Assembly: GCA_964016885.1 (NCBI GenBank)
Contig: OZ024743.1
Span: 179,800,001-179,864,000, forward strand
Direction of reading: 5' to 3'
From: Eledone cirrhosa
Taxonomy: Eukaryota
Length of the DNA: 64,000 bases
Positions 1 through 14,533 of the stretch are shown piece by piece (the stretch's first letter is position 1; every line of letters begins with the position of its first letter). The position numbers and the translations under genes are program-made. The notes below the pieces were generated by a model, which made no database searches, was not told the origin of the DNA, and saw nothing but the letters and a program-made list of their open reading frames with translations.

Positions 1-621
1 ATTGTCTTCTCCTATTATGATCAAATCATAAATATATCATATACAAGAGAAATATAGGAGATATATGTTTTAAAAAAAATATGTAGATGTGAAATATATT
101 ATATACAAGATAAATATATGCGAAATATATTATATACAAATATAAGGAATGCCTGAACGTCATAATTTTCACATTATCTTCTCCTAAATATATTATATTC
201 AAATATTTGTTGAAGAAAGAAGCGCAGCTGTTAAAGTTTTTCAAATGTCACTTTTACTATTAATTATTAGGCTATAAGAAAGAAGATATTTTTTCACACC
301 AGAATATCCTGACAACGAAACAAACTCCTTAAGGATAAGAGTACGTTAATCACACTAAATGACCGTTCAATAGAATGTTCGTATTTGTAGACAGAACTAC
401 TCCGTCAACAAGCAGAGTTTCAGACATTCTGGCATTCATTTGGGAATCATTGCTTTATTTTCTTCTCAAACATACTTCCCTTTGGAAAGTTTGAAAATCA
501 AACTATTGATATCTTCACAGCTGCGACAAAAATGTGGGACACACACGCACATATATATACATACGTATGTATGTATGTATGTATGTATGTATGTATGTAT
601 GTATGTATGTATGTATGTATG

Positions 622-655
<34 letters not shown>

Positions 656-685
656 TCATCTTGGTATGTATGTATGTATGTATGT

Positions 686-986
686 AAATATCATCTTGGT
701 TAAGAGAGTGGGACTGGCTTTGTGCAGTTCCTTTGCTCACTATAAAATCTTTACGGCATAGGCATAGGCATTACTTTATATCTGGAGATCTCTCTGCACT
801 TCTCGTCACATGGTACCATGGGCCCAGCACTATGTGTCAATAATTGTCACAAGTGTAGTGTTTGTACCAGAGTTTTCAAGTCGCTGGCTGGACTAAAAAG
901 TCACACTCGTTCAGTGCTTCGGTAGGGGTTCTCCTACATGGATATAAAGTAGTGGCCGTACTCGAAAACGAGTTGGCAGCCACCAT
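686..986 (+). mobile_element. 5'-truncated non-autonomous LINE-derived element, family X1, with (TATG)n tail
   Basis: Reverse complement of the corresponding parts of the copies at 17950-18405 and 28990-29602. Ends in the stem-loop GTGGCCGTACTCGAAAACGAGTTGGCAGCCAC, then CAT(GTAT), and is flanked by (TATG)n. Confidence 0.75.
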
Positions 987-1041
987 GTATGTATACACAT
1001 GTACATATGTATATATGTATGTGCATGTGTATGTATATGCG

Positions 1042-1399
1042 CGGGGACATAGAAATAGTCGGGCTGGATACCCGATTGCGCGGTTAAACCACTGGGAGTG
1101 AAGGACCCCTAGTTTTGTCAAGACATTTTTTATAGGAGAAGGCAACTAAGGAAACTGGGATAACTCCGGCATAAAACCTTTGGCTCAGTAGTTACCGATG
1201 ATGTTGATATTTTCTTCTTTTCAGGTTATAGTTGCTATCGCTCAGAGAGTAGGATTGGCTCAGTGCACAGTCTTTCCTCACTTTAAAAGAAATCTTCACG
1301 CACAGGCATTGCACGATAGAATTAATTAATAATTATTAATAATGGTATAGCGTACAATAGCCATACTCGATAACGAGGGGGGGGGGGGGGCAGCCATCA
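1042..1399 (+). mobile_element. 5'-truncated non-autonomous element, family X2 (relative of X1)
   Basis: Reverse complement matches 14712-15025. 3' end is ACTCGATAACGAG(G)nCAGCCATCAT(GTAT)n. Confidence 0.7.
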
Positions 1400-1425
1400 T
1401 GTATGTATGTACGTATGTATGTATG

Positions 1426-1460
<35 letters not shown>

Positions 1461-2293
1461 ATTTTGTATATCTAATGATATATGGTATGTTTACGAATAA
1501 ACATTTGGCAAGCCTTTTATCTATGAATATTGAAAAGCTGGCGTCAAGCGCCGTCTAGCAGATTCCAGCGGAAACAGCGAGGGACAACAACCAACTCGTT
1601 TCTGGCTCTGGCCGTGATAAGGAAAGTGCTTTACCGCTCTACTTTCTGCTGGAATTTGAAAAAGGCGAGAATATATAGTTTTTTCGCCTATTTAGATGGG
1701 CTAATTAGCTTTATTTTCCTATCTAGTTGTCAAGCGGGCTCAGGCTGAAAGCTGTATACATATAAGTATATATGTCTACTCGTTAGACAAGCATGACCAT
1801 TGCTGACGGATTGACGTATAACTGATTGTTCCTACGAACGTGAGATTATCTGACTTTTGAATCCGGCGAGAGATTTACACCCATCCATTCATACATATAT
1901 ACATATTGGTTGCTACTTATTGTCAGAAGAGTGACATCCCTTCATTGAACATTGCACGATCATGGTGACTTTTCACGCAGGTGACTTTTCAGACCCGCTT
2001 TTGTTTTGCAAGCACGTTCGCAGATGTGACACTTGAACTGTCTGTCTCCTGGCAATACGGATTGGGGTGGGGGTGGGGTGTCTTCATGCATTTTACCATG
2101 TCTGGTCAGTACACCCACTGAAATGCAAATTAAGTTACACTCACTGCAAATTTAACGCGGAGGGTGTGGTGGTAGAAATATCTCGCAAGTGGCTCAATTT
2201 CTCCCTGGCTCGTGTGACTTTAAGTAGTTGACAAATCCAGCTCAGGATAGAAGAAATCGTCCATACATACATACATACATACATAAATACATA

Positions 2294-5200
2294 CATGTAT
2301 AAATATCTCTCTGGCTGACTGTGTTAAAATGACAATGGTGAATAAAAAACCAAATAATGAAATACTAAGTTTTATTGACGAAATAGGGGATGAATGTTTA
2401 CGACGGATAAAAACCCCAACATTTTGGCAAATCAACGCCTGTTTATATGCCTTAGCAATGAGAGTGAAGCATTATCTTGGTGATAGCAGAGATATTAACA
2501 AGAACAAAACACCACCAAAAATACCATCATATATAACTAAAATAGAAAAAAAGAGTGCTGACCTACGAAAAAACATAGGACATGTGATAATGCTCCTTAC
2601 ATGCAAACAAACACAAAAAAACCTCACTCCTCACCAACAAAGAGTGAAAAATAAAATAGGGACGATGTTTGGTAACAGTAGAACCAGAACTCTCCAATAT
2701 AAGCTGATCACCCTCAAACAAGAATTGAGAGCTGTTAGCGAAAAACGCCGATACCTGAAGAAGGTAGATGAGAGAAAAATGCTTAATAAAAGATTCAGAC
2801 GAAACCAAACATCAGTCTATAGAGATATGAAGGGCAAATTAATAAGTGTCACTGAGGCACCATCCCAGAAAGACATAGATTCCTTTTGAAGAAAAATATG
2901 GGGTGAAAAGAAAATTTCAACCAAGATGCAGTGTGGCTAAGAGAAATCCGAAAGAACTATTGCTCCTACACTACAACAAAAACATACGAAATAAGTGAGG
3001 GTACCCTTCAGACTGTGATAGAAAAACTCCAAGATAAGAAAACACCAGGAAGAGACATGAGTGTCGGCTACTGGTACAAAAAACTAATATTCTATCCGAG
3101 GTATCTTACTGACCTCTACAACAAGTTCTTAAGGGAGATACACTTATACCAGAATGGTTGACATTAACACAAACGTTACTGGTCCCCAAGAACAAAGACA
3201 CCAACTTGGCAAAAAACTACCGACCCATTGCATGCCGGAACCTGATGTATAAGATGTATACAGCCTGCCTCAACCTATTCCTCCAAGATCACTGTGAAAA
3301 TAATAACATCATCACAGATGAACAAGCAGCTGGAAAGAAAAGGGTTTGGGGATGTGCTGAACAACTCCTAATCAACAAAACTGCGATGTCAGAGGTGCGA
3401 CAACTTAGGAGGAATATGACTACAGTCTGGCTGGACTACAAGAGAGCTTTCGATTCTGTTCCCCACTCTTGGATGATAAAGGCCCTCCAACTTGCTAAAG
3501 TCCCAGACATTATTGTCAGAGCCATAGAGAGGCTGTCTTCTTCTTGGGATACTATCCTAAGGTTAAAGACAGAGAAGGAGGATTATTTTCACTGATAAAA
3601 TAAAATATTGCAGGGGTATATTTCAGGGGGACAATCTCTCTGTGATATTGTTCATCTTGTCATTAAACACCTTGTCCTTTCTGCTCAAGAAATGTGAGGG
3701 ATACATCATTGGCTCACAGGAGGACAGAAATACGAACCTAACCCATAACTTATTTGTGGACGATCTGAAACTCTATGCCAAGACTATGGATGGGATGAAG
3801 AAAAATCTTGACCTGGTTACAACGTTCCCAAAGGATATAAGTATGGAGTTTGGCCAAGATAAATGCTCATACATGACTGTAAAGCGGGGAAAAACAACAA
3901 CCCAATCTAGCAACATTGTCATCAATGGTCTTACTGTTTAACCGATATCTGATGAGGACTGCTACAGATACCTGGGGATAGATGAGAACATATCCTATAA
4001 TGGTATCTGTAATAAAGAACGCGTAACCAGGGAATACTACACCCGATTAAGAAAGATCTGGTCATCGGAACTCTCTGCGCAAAACAAAACAGTGTCTTAC
4101 AATGTGTTTGCTGTGCCTGTCCTAACACCAACGTTTGGAATACTCAATTGGACGATAGACGAAATCCGAGCAGTTGATGTTGGAACTCGAAAAATACTGA
4201 ACAACACCGGAACTTCCCCATCAACAATGACATAGACCGCCTTTACTTGAAACGTAATCAGGGAGGCAGAGGCCTAACATCAGTCCAGACAACATTTGAA
4301 TGTCGCATCATATCTCTCCGACAACATCTACGAACCTCGAAGCGTAGGAGCTCAGCAGTATCTCAGCAGGAGCTCAGCATGGATGTCGCTCAGCAGTATC
4401 GCAGTGAATCCATGGATGAAAAACTGCATGCCTATCAGCAAAAAATCATGCATGGATATGTTGCCAGGAAGCTCCAGAGTGAGAGTAATATAGATAAGGA
4501 AAGTAGTTTATCTTGGACCAACAACCGCTATATTGGCTCCCACTTTGAAGGATACGCTTTTGCAATCCAAGAACAGGAGATTAGCACGAAATACCTGATT
4601 CACAAAAGAGATAGGGATGCAGGCAAAACACCTAGATGTGATAACAAGTGCAGAATCTGCAGAACTAACATCGTGGATATCACCCATGTCATCAGCAGCT
4701 GCCCAAATATGTCATCGCGGTACTATTTACCTATGAGGCATCATGCAGTGGCAATACAGTTCGTAAAATGGATAGCCCCGATAATAAACACATTAAAAGC
4801 TACAACAATGTGGAAGACATCCATGTACATAATATGAAAGAGTACTGGTGGAATGTTCCAGTAAAAACCCCAATAAAATGCAGGCATAACAGACCAGATA
4901 TTATGATATGGGACAGGGAGAAGAAAACATGCACAGTAGTGGAAATTAGCTGCCCATCAGATGCCAATATAATATCAAAGATTAGTGAAAAGGAGAATAT
5001 TTATGCAGAACTGATGAGAAATCTGCAGATACTCCACCCTGATTACACCTTCAGATTTATGCCTGTAATTATTGGGGCACTGGGATATGTTAGTAACTGC
5101 CTCAATACAAATCTTGGGAAGCTAGGCTTCCCAGGACTAGTTGGGAAATTACAAGTACAATCCATTAATGGAACAGTAAAAATATGTAAAACATTCCAAA

Positions 5201-5442
5201 AATGTTGCATCTAATAACTGCATATACACATTTACAGATACAAAGCATATACACATGCACACATACAACTCAAAACATCCACATCCACACATACAATAAC
5301 ATCCATATCTACACATGCATGCATACATACATATCTACCTAGTTGATGTTGTGTAAATTCCAATGAGAAAGTCTTGTGTCTATGTTAGAAACCGACTCTC
5401 TCTCTATTGGTAAAACTTTGTGAAATTATAAAACCAGAAGAA
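2294..5442 (+). mobile_element. R4/Dong-clade RLE non-LTR retrotransposon, family A, 5'-truncated and frameshifted
   Basis: ORF fragments carry NYRPIAC, WLDYKRAFDSVPH, FVDDLKLY (RT), CRIC..H...C (CCHC) and HNRPDIMIWD..VEISCP (RLE). (CATA)n lies on both sides. Confidence 0.92.
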
Positions 5443-5532
5443 CATACATACATACATACATACGTACATACATACATACATACATACATACATACATACA
5501 TACATACATACATACATACATACATACATACA

Positions 5533-8500
5533 ATGAGCTACATTACGCGGTAAGATTACATACAATAATTCTACATAAGTGTTTGAACTGTAAGTGTGTT
5601 GTAAAACACCTATTTATATGAACGATACATACACTTATGATATATGAACGATACATACACTTTAACATATAAATGCAACGTTGTTATATTACATTTATAA
5701 AGAAATATACAAGTAACGTTTTCGATTCAGAAACAAAAATATAAGTGTTTGAACTGTGAATATGTTGTGAATAGGTTGTAGAACACATATTTATATGAAT
5801 GATACATAAACTTTAACATATAAATACAGCGTTGTTATATTATATTACATTCATAAAGGAATATACTAAGTAACGGTTCTTTTTGTTCTCGATTCAAACG
5901 ATTCAAGAGCAACGTTTAAAACACAGTTGTAGAATTAAAAACTAACTGAAAAGAAATATTACTCAAGCTATGAATAACTTTAAATTTGATTCTGACAGAA
6001 CTTGTCGTAACTGTTAAAGAAGATCATCGACTATTTTGAAAAATAAACACGAAATATTAGTGAATAGACGAACTCATCATGGCAAAAAGTACAAGTCTCC
6101 TTCGACCAAATCGCAATTACAACCGTTGTACACAGTGGAGCTACGAGCTTAACAAAGTATTATATGAAGCATACAAACAATCTGAACCCCAAAAGTTCGG
6201 TTTTATGCAAAGGCTAAAAACTTTATGGAACTCCAAACACCCAGAATTAGACTTTTCTCCAAAGCATTTAAATGAACAGGCAAAACGTATCATTAGATGT
6301 AAATTGATACATCTAACGGAATCGAGTGATACTACAAATACAGCCCTTGTAGACAACCTCCCCACCTCCACTGACAGACAAAGAGAATGGCCAGCTAAAT
6401 CTAACAGTGAACAGCTCACCAACAATTTTGCTGAAATTCATCCCACTTCCACTGAAGAACAGCGAGAAAGGTCAGCTGACTCTAGTAGTAATTGTCACCA
6501 CATCAACAACGAGGCTGAAATTCATGACTCTACTGAACAAACAGAGCACCAAAAACTTGTGGGCTCCCTACAAGTGATATGGAATGATATGTTTCAAGAG
6601 ATACACAGCCTTAATGTGAGTGACAGACCATACAACACCAGAATCAGTAAAGAACCCACTAAATTGGAATTGGAAGCGGTGAACGAAATAGCTGGCAATT
6701 ATCTGAAGGCTATACGATCTAAAGGTGTAGAAACGACATTTGAAACGCTTAATGTTTTGTTATATGTTTCAGCTGTCAGATTGCTATCATATAACACACA
6801 TCTAAAACCACGCAATCAAGATACAAACAGAAAGCCTGAACCAGAGTGGATGCGAAATTTAAAAACCAAAATTTTGTCCCTGAGACGAAGTATCTCACAC
6901 ATCGCAGTCGTTATGAAATGCAACATAGAGAGCAACTTCACGCGACACCAGGAAGACCTAAAGAAAAAGTTAGAGAGAAGATTTGGAGATACAAAATTTA
7001 AAACTTTGAACTCCAAATTACACCAGTTAAAACAACAACTCACAGCTACAACAGAAAGACTAAAATATAAGTCAACAGCACATAAACGACAAGTGCTAAA
7101 TAGATTGTTTGCCAGAGATCCTAAATCAGTTTATCACAGCTTCGGTGGCAAAAGCTCAATCTCTGTAAATGGCACCCCTTCAAAAGAACAGGTTGAGAGC
7201 TACTGGAGATCTGTATGGGAAACGGATGACGGATTCAACAGACAAGCTAATTGGCTAAAAGAACTGGAACAGGACTACTGCCAACATGTCCAGACAAAAC
7301 AATATGACATAGATGGGTCAATACTGGAAACAGCTCTACAGAAAATGTCGAATAGGAAATCGCCAGGCCCAGACCTCATTACAGGATACTGGTTGAAGAA
7401 TTTCACTTTCTATCGGCAAGATCTCATACGGCTGTTTACAGAAACCATTAAGGGCACACAAGAACTGCCCAGATGGTTATCAACTGCCTCTACTCTCCTC
7501 ATTCCCCAAAATAGCCAAACCACCCTTGCTAAAAATTACCGTCCAATTGCCTGCCAAAACATCATGTATAAATTATATACTGGGTGCCTTAACCTGTTCT
7601 TACAGGATCACTGTGCTACCAACAACATCATAACACCTGAGCAAGCTGGTGGAAAGAGGGAGGTGTGGGGTTGCATAGATCACCTACTAACTAACAAAAT
7701 GATTCAGGAAAAAACAACAAAGAATCGCAGAAACATGACTGTCGTGTGGCTGGACTATCAAAAAGCATTTGATAGTGTACCTCATGGGTGGATTGTTAAG
7801 GCTTTACAGTTAGCTAAAGTCCCACAACCATTGGTAGCTGCTGTTGAACGCCTGACCAAGAACTGGTACACCAGTTTGATCCTTAGAGGTGAGAAGGAGC
7901 AGGTTAAGACTGATAAGATACATTACCAGAAGGGCATCTTTCAGGGTGATAGCTTGTCAGTGCTACTCTTCGTTCTCTCACTGAATCCACTATCTTACCT
8001 ACTCAGGAAACAAGGTGGACAAAGAAGTGGGACCAGAAGTATCTCCCATCTTTTCTTTGTTGATGACCTGAAGTTGTATGGGCCAAATATCAATGACATC
8101 AAGAAACAATTGGACCTCATTACACAATTTTCAACCGACATCAAAATGAAATTTGGTGAGTCCAAGTGTGCATATTTGGCAGTAAAACGTGGAAGAGCTG
8201 TGCCCTCCTCTAGAAATCTAGAGATGAACGGCCTGACAATACAACCTCTGCAGTCAGGTGAAAACTACAGATATCTTGGACAGGATGAGAATGTCAGATA
8301 TGATGGACCCATAAATAAAGAGAGAACCAGAACTGAATACCTCAGAAGAGTAAAGAAAATATGGTCATCAGAACTGTCAGCATACAACAAATACATTGCC
8401 CACAATACTTATGCTGTGCCAATTCTAACGCCAACATTTGGCCTACTGAACTGGTCATTGCAAGAACTAAGTGAGATGGATGTTAGAACTCGAAAACTTC

Positions 8501-9670
8501 TCAGTGTTACTGGGAACTTTAACATCAATGGTGATGTGGATAGGCTATACTTCTCACGCTAGGAAGGTGGCCGGGGTCTAAAATCAATATTAACAACATA
8601 TGAGACCCGGATAGTGACACTGAAGCAACACCTTCAACAGAGGAAAAAGGTTGGCAACCATCTTGCCCAGGTTTATGACCATGAAAAAAGAAATATCATT
8701 AGAATAGCGACTGATCTGGAGGAGAGATATGGAATAAAGCCTGATATAAATCTCTCACCCAGAGAAATCGGAAGATCCTATTCAATGTTCAAACAAGAAA
8801 AAAAAAATTGACCAATTTACAGAAAAAGTTGTGCATGGATACTTGAGGCGTAAAACACAGACCATAGAGGGGATAAACCACTCAAAAAGCCTGGCATGGA
8901 GTTCCGACAAGTTTATGACATCACACCTTGAGGGATATCTCTATGCAATACAGGAACAAGAACTCCCTACCAAATATCTGCTGCACAAAAGAGGAGGGCC
9001 AGCAGCTGACAATAAATGTAGGCTATGTAAAACAAAGATCGAGGATGTAAGCCACATTGTTGCCAGCTGCGAAAGAATGTCATCTCGCTACTACCTCCCC
9101 ATGAGACACGATGGGATAGCTAGAACCATCTGGAACGCACTTCGGAAAACAAAATTAACAACAAACGAAGAAGAATATATTGAGACAGATGGCACTAAGG
9201 AATACTGGTGGAACCTGAAAGTAAAAACTGCCACCAAATTAAAGCACAACCGGCCTGATATTGTAGTTTGGGACCACACATTGAAAACGTGTTCTGTTGT
9301 GGAGATCAGCTGCCCACTTGATGTAAACGTTGTCAGAAAAATACAGGAGAAGGAGGACATCTACGGACCATTGATGAGGAGTTTACAAATCCAGTATCCA
9401 AGATACACCTTTAGCTTCATACCCATCATTATTGGTGCTACGGGTTATATACCAACCCGCTTGGACCAAAGTATGACTGAACTTGGATTTGCGGACAAAA
9501 AGCGCAGCTCCCTAATTCATAGTCTACAAATGGCTGCGATAGCTGGCACCTTCAGAATTTGCAAAACATTCTTGCGATTCAAGGGATGACAATTTCTTTT
9601 CTTTTACAACCTTGCCACCAGGAAGGTGGCCGGTCAAAAAAATATACTCAAAATTAAGAGAAAGAGAAAA
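5533..9670 (+). mobile_element. R4/Dong-clade RLE non-LTR retrotransposon, family B, full-length and nearly intact
   Basis: About 545 bp 5' UTR, a single long ORF region (6079-9589) and a short 3' UTR ending AAGAGAAAA. Flanked by (CATA)n on both sides. Confidence 0.93.
6079..9589 (+). pseudogene. RT + CCHC + restriction-like endonuclease ORF of family B (one nonsense codon, one frameshift)
   Basis: 827-aa ORF with GIFQGDSLS and FVDDLKLY. TAG at 8560-8562 is followed by in-frame EGGRGL. A frameshift occurs at the A-run near 8797-8807, then CRLC..H...C and HNRPDIVVWD..VEISCP follow. Confidence 0.9.
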
Positions 9671-10771
9671 CATACATACATACATACATACATACATGAA
9701 TGCATGCATGCTAGCGTTTGCATCCTAAGTGTTCGTAATATTTTCAATACAAGAAGATAAATATTGTTCTGAATGTAAAAATTAAGCTAAACGTTGAAAC
9801 GTGCATTGCTGTCGATCTTAAATGTCGGTTGTCCTAAATTCCGCATTACATGAAACACCAAACGATTGTATTCTAATACTTAAGAGCTTGAATTAGGCAG
9901 AACAAATTTATCTCTACGTTTCTCAAAGAATCAGACTAGTGTAGCAAATATGTTAAAAAACGAATTCCATAAAAAGAATCGGTAGAGCTGAATGTGATTT
10001 TTCACTTGTCTCTACATTATTTGATAGAAGTGTAAATATATGATATTCACATTGCTTTATGTCAGCCATTTTCAAATATTAGTTGCAAGTAGAGTATTTT
10101 TTTGTTTTGTTTTTTTGTAGTTGTCGTTGCTTAGATTCAGTAAAATTCTAATCATTCAATTCTAAGATTAATAGCTGTCCAAACTTAAATATCCCAACTA
10201 CCTTATCAAATTGTGTTTCTAGGACTACCGTATACTATCATGGTAATTTGGTAGGTCAAAGTATCAATTTCTAACAGATAAATCTGTGGTTGTTGTTGTT
10301 GTTCTTTAGCCCTGGGGCAGCTCTGATTCAATGTATGTTCAAATTTATTACTGACGTAATCAAGTTATATTTTCCCAGTCACGTCATTGTATGTGACATT
10401 TCCTGTTTATGATGATACGACGAACATTTGGCTATTTATAGCAATTCTAATGATCCCTTTCAGAGATTTTTCCTGCTTTGCCAAATATGGGTTCCAATAT
10501 TGTTTCAAGGGACTAAGACATGTTGACTCCCGTATTACTTATATTTCTTAAGCCCACCGAGATGACATGCAATGTTAAACCAGATGTTATATGGAACCAT
10601 TGTAAACATCATTGACCTGTTATCCCAGCATTCCACTGCTAACTCATCTAGTCATCGTTCTTACTTTATTAAATATATATACTGCATGCTTAATCATGAA
10701 TAGGAGATTATTCACACATCAGAGATTGAATAACGTATGCAACATTATTAGAAAGATACTTTCAAATTTCT

Positions 10772-11035
10772 TTTTCTTCTTCTTCTTCTTCTTCTTCGCC
10801 CACTTATTTCTGAGTCATCAAACACTCTCCTTCCAGTGGGTCCTGTCAGAAAAAAACTGTTTACAACTGATCCGGCTGGATCCCCAAGCAAGACTAGCGA
10901 TGGCTGTTATCTAACTCCGGGTCTAATCCTGGGTTACCTGCCGGTTGATTTTGCCCCTAAAATCTCTCTAGTGATTCTTTCCTGAGATATTCTAACCACA
11001 TGCCCATAGTATCGGAGCTGTGCTCTCTCAATATG
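10772..11035 (-). mobile_element. RTE-clade LINE 3' remnant
   Basis: Minus strand reads ERAQLRYYGHVVR, which resembles the RTE C-terminal LRWxGHVxR motif, and ends in a (GAA)n tail. Confidence 0.6.
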
Positions 11036-11159
11036 AATTATGCAATCAGATAACAGCCTAACAAATTAGCAAATGTGCTGATATAACACTCGATAAATGT
11101 TCGAAGACCAAAACGAAATAGATTTCTTAAATTGCATAAAAAACCCAAAGATCAGTGAA

Positions 11160-11295
11160 TTACTGATATCTTATTTTATCAACCACATAAGGATGAAAGG
11201 CAAAGCTAACCTCGGTGGGAACTGAAATAAGAAGATAAATCGACGTAACTGTATGCCGCAAATTCTGTTCGCCGATGCTCTACCGATACTGCAAT
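11160..11295 (-). mobile_element. tRNA-derived SINE family S1, degraded
   Basis: Contains the reverse complement of the S1 core (ttttatcaacc..aaggatgaaaggcaaag..cctcggtggga). Confidence 0.6.
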
Positions 11296-11882
11296 ATTAA
11301 TGGTTTATTTTATGGCCTCAAAGGACCCGACCAATTTGAAACAATTTAAACGCAGGTAAGAAACAACCCAGAGAATGATTTAGATCAAGTAGAGCTTAAG
11401 TGACATCGCTGAAGAGGAAACATTCCGAATAAGAAAAACAGATATTGTAATAAACATATATAACAATAAAAATAGGGAGGGACTGCAGAGTACGATAATT
11501 CCAGGGAGAAACCTCACACAAAACCCCAGATTATTGTCTTACCAGACGGGCATTGAAAGTGCCCTCCCCCGGTATCTTTGCTAAAAAAATCAATCTAGGC
11601 CCGCTCAGCCTTTTCAAACACGTCGCTCTCACCCATCTTTCATAAAACACACAAGAATTCAGCAACGAAAACCGACTCCTCTCCCCTTTCTCCTCAAGTT
11701 AAACTTGAAGAAATTGATCATGCCTTGACCGGAGAAGATTACTCCTATCCTCATTCCTTTTAGACGAGACTACCATACATATTTGTTTGCCATAGCTATC
11801 AGGCAGAGGAAGACTTGTCCCACACCTCCCTTCTAAATGAACTACCATGCCAACAATTTTTGGAAATAATGCTTTCTTATAT

Positions 11883-12071
11883 AGGCACAAGGCCAGCATC
11901 TTTGGGGGAGGGGTAAGTCGATTAGATCGACCCCAATGCGTGACTGGTACTTTATTTTATCGACCCCGTAAGGATGAAAACTTCGGCGGGATTTGAACTC
12001 AGACCATAAAGGGCCATAACTCTTGCAAAGCATGGCGTCCGACCATCTACAGATACTGCTAGTCCACCGCC
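11883..12071 (-). mobile_element. tRNA-derived SINE family S1
   Basis: Minus strand has a GGCGGTGGACTAGCAGTATC head, B-box GAGTTCAAATCC, core GGGGTCGATAAAATAAAGTACCAG and tail GGCCTTGTGCC. Confidence 0.75.
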
Positions 12072-12609
12072 CTATTTTTGGAAATAATAATAGTGGACAC
12101 ACTAATAGCAGTAGTATTAGTAATAATAGTAGTATCAACAGCCACAGCAGCAGTAGTAGTAGTAGCAGTAGCAGTAGTAGTAGCAGTAGCAGCAGCAGCA
12201 GTAGTAGTAGTAGTAGTAGTAGTAGTAACAACAACAGTTATATATTCAGACTGTTCTGTTTAAGATAGTAACATGGGATATGATAAAAAGATACTAATTT
12301 TAGAAAATTGAAAATCAATCGATAATGATTATCATTAATGCTGAACTAACACCGAATTTTTGTAATCCATTTATGGCTTTTAGTGAAAAGTTTATTTAAT
12401 AATATTTCGAACGTCAATAGGTGATTTGAAGTTTTACATGAACTTAGTTTAGACACTAATTTCCGGGTTAAGTTTATAAAAACAGATTTTTTCAGTAAAA
12501 CAAAAAAGCATATGATACTATGTCAAATCATCTATAGCCAAATTTATTGATCACATCGATTCACAAATATTCACGCATATACATATTCACACACACTCTC
12601 TGTCTCTCA

Positions 12610-12660
<51 letters not shown>

Positions 12661-12929
12661 TCTCTTACTCTCCCTCTCTCTCTCAGACACACACACTCAC
12701 ACACTCACACACACACTTATTAGAAATAGCTTTTACAAGACTAGTAGTATCGAGGATTTCTTTTGAATGAAACAGTTCTAGTAGAAGCCATTTCAATATT
12801 AAAAATGATATTTACATTCTACTAATAGATTGGATTCCTTACTAACTGTAGTTATCCCCATTTGAACCCAGGTCCAGATAACACCGATCATGTACACAGT
12901 TCAGTATTCTGATGTATATATAAGAAAAA

Positions 12930-13016
12930 TGGAGTGCTGCGTGGTTGCACATGGGTTACATATGAATAAAGTTAGTCCTTCATCAGTGGAAGATCACTGA
13001 TGAAGGACTAATTTTA

Positions 13017-13023
<7 letters not shown>
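12930..13023. repeat. Mini fold-back: 29-bp inverted arms (12960-12988 / 12995-13023) with a one-sided extension, abutting (TA)n
   Basis: atatgaataaagttagtccttcatcagtg-gaagat-cactgatgaaggactaattttattcatat (one mismatch). Confidence 0.85.
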
Positions 13024-13114
<91 letters not shown>

Positions 13115-13314
13115 AATCATTGTTGTAGCTTTTTGAAAATATAAACCAAATAAAGTTAATCAAAATATCAAATATCACAAGTTGGCTGGTGTGATATCGA
13201 GACGGTTAGGTGTGTATTTAGCTATTAGGCCATAGAGTAACGAAATACAGTATTTGAAAATAGGAGTATGAATGTATGTATGAATATATATATATATAAG
13301 TATGAATATATGTA

Positions 13315-13407
<93 letters not shown>

Positions 13408-13409
13408 CT

Positions 13410-13545
13410 GTTTCTACCTTTGGCACAAGGCCAGCAATTATCCAGTACATTACTGGTACTTTATTTTATCGACCCCGCAAGGATGAAAGGCAAAGTCAAA
13501 GTCAACCTCGGCGGGATTTGAACTCAGATCGTAAAGGGACGTAAC
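13410..13545 (-). mobile_element. SINE S1 with head missing (abuts the fold-back at 13560)
   Basis: S1 tail, core and B-box are present. Confidence 0.7.
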
Positions 13546-13559
13546 TATGCTGGATATAA

Positions 13560-14162
13560 CGGCGATGAATTAGTTTTGCGAGGGTTTTGATACGAAATCG
13601 TGTCGAAACAAATATTGTTATACTTGGGGAGGGTCATATTTGTGTAATATTGCCAGAATTAATAACAGAACACACTCACTGTTTGGTTGGTTTTCCCTTT
13701 TCGCTTCTGTGTCCTTTATATCGGTAATCTAATTTAGTCGGTCTTCAATGTTGCCATTGAGTGACCAACGGTCAAACAATATAGACACAAACACATATAT
13801 ATATAGTTTATCAAAGTTCTTTCGTTGCACATCTGCAACATCGTCTGTGGTGCTATTGTTTTCTCCCGTTACATTGTATTTTCTACGCCATCTTTTCAAA
13901 AGATGGCGTAGAAAATACAATGCAACAGGAGAAAACAGATGTGCAACGAAAGAACTTTGATAAACTATATATATGTGTTTGTGTCTATATTGTATATGTA
14001 TTTTTGACCGTTGGTCATTCAATGGCAACATTGAGGCCCGAATAAATTAGATTACCGATATAAAGGACACAGAAGCGAAAAGTAAAAACCAACCAAACAG
14101 TGAGTGTGTTCTGTTATTAATTCTGGCAATATTACACAAATATGACCCTCCCCAAGTATAAC
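13560..14162. mobile_element. Penelope-like pLTR fold-back (same family as 15321-17450)
   Basis: Inverted arms 13616-13896 and 13898-14162 centred on tcttttCaaaaga. The left arm has an extra ~55-bp tail. Sequence matches the 3' end of the Penelope element. Confidence 0.85.
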
Positions 14163-14257
14163 TATATATATATATTTTTCAAAATACTAACAGATGAAAA
14201 ATATTCTCATAATCAAAATATATATATATATATATACATATATATGTATATATATAT

Positions 14258-14323
<66 letters not shown>

Positions 14324-14533
14324 CGTTTCTGAATTTGTTTAGCAAGATTCTTTATCTGAAAACGTGTGTTGAAACCGATATTGTTATGCTTTGGGAGGGT
14401 CATGTTGCCAATAAGAAACACAGGCACCAGTTCTTTTCACTCCAATTTATTATATATTAAATCTATAAATTTAAGAAATTATAAATTTCCGGTTGGTTGG
14501 TTGGTTCCATAACTGGACGTTTGTTCATATATT

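Noticed and set aside
1500-2260. Unique-looking, moderately GC-rich stretch (also 22620-22860, 23560-24100, 24800-25260) as exons or regulatory DNA
   Set aside because: No recognisable ORF, splice pattern or repeat partner in the window. It cannot be assigned without a search.
3949-3960. CTGATGA words inside R4 coding sequence (also 5031, 29685, 33730)
   Set aside because: No stem II plus GAAA arrangement. They are explained by codons.
11405-11435. CTGAAGA-GGAA(ACA)TTCC-GAAT hammerhead-like string (similar near 40105-40145 minus and 44730-44762)
   Set aside because: GAAA is altered and/or stem I or II is missing, so these are at best decayed remnants.
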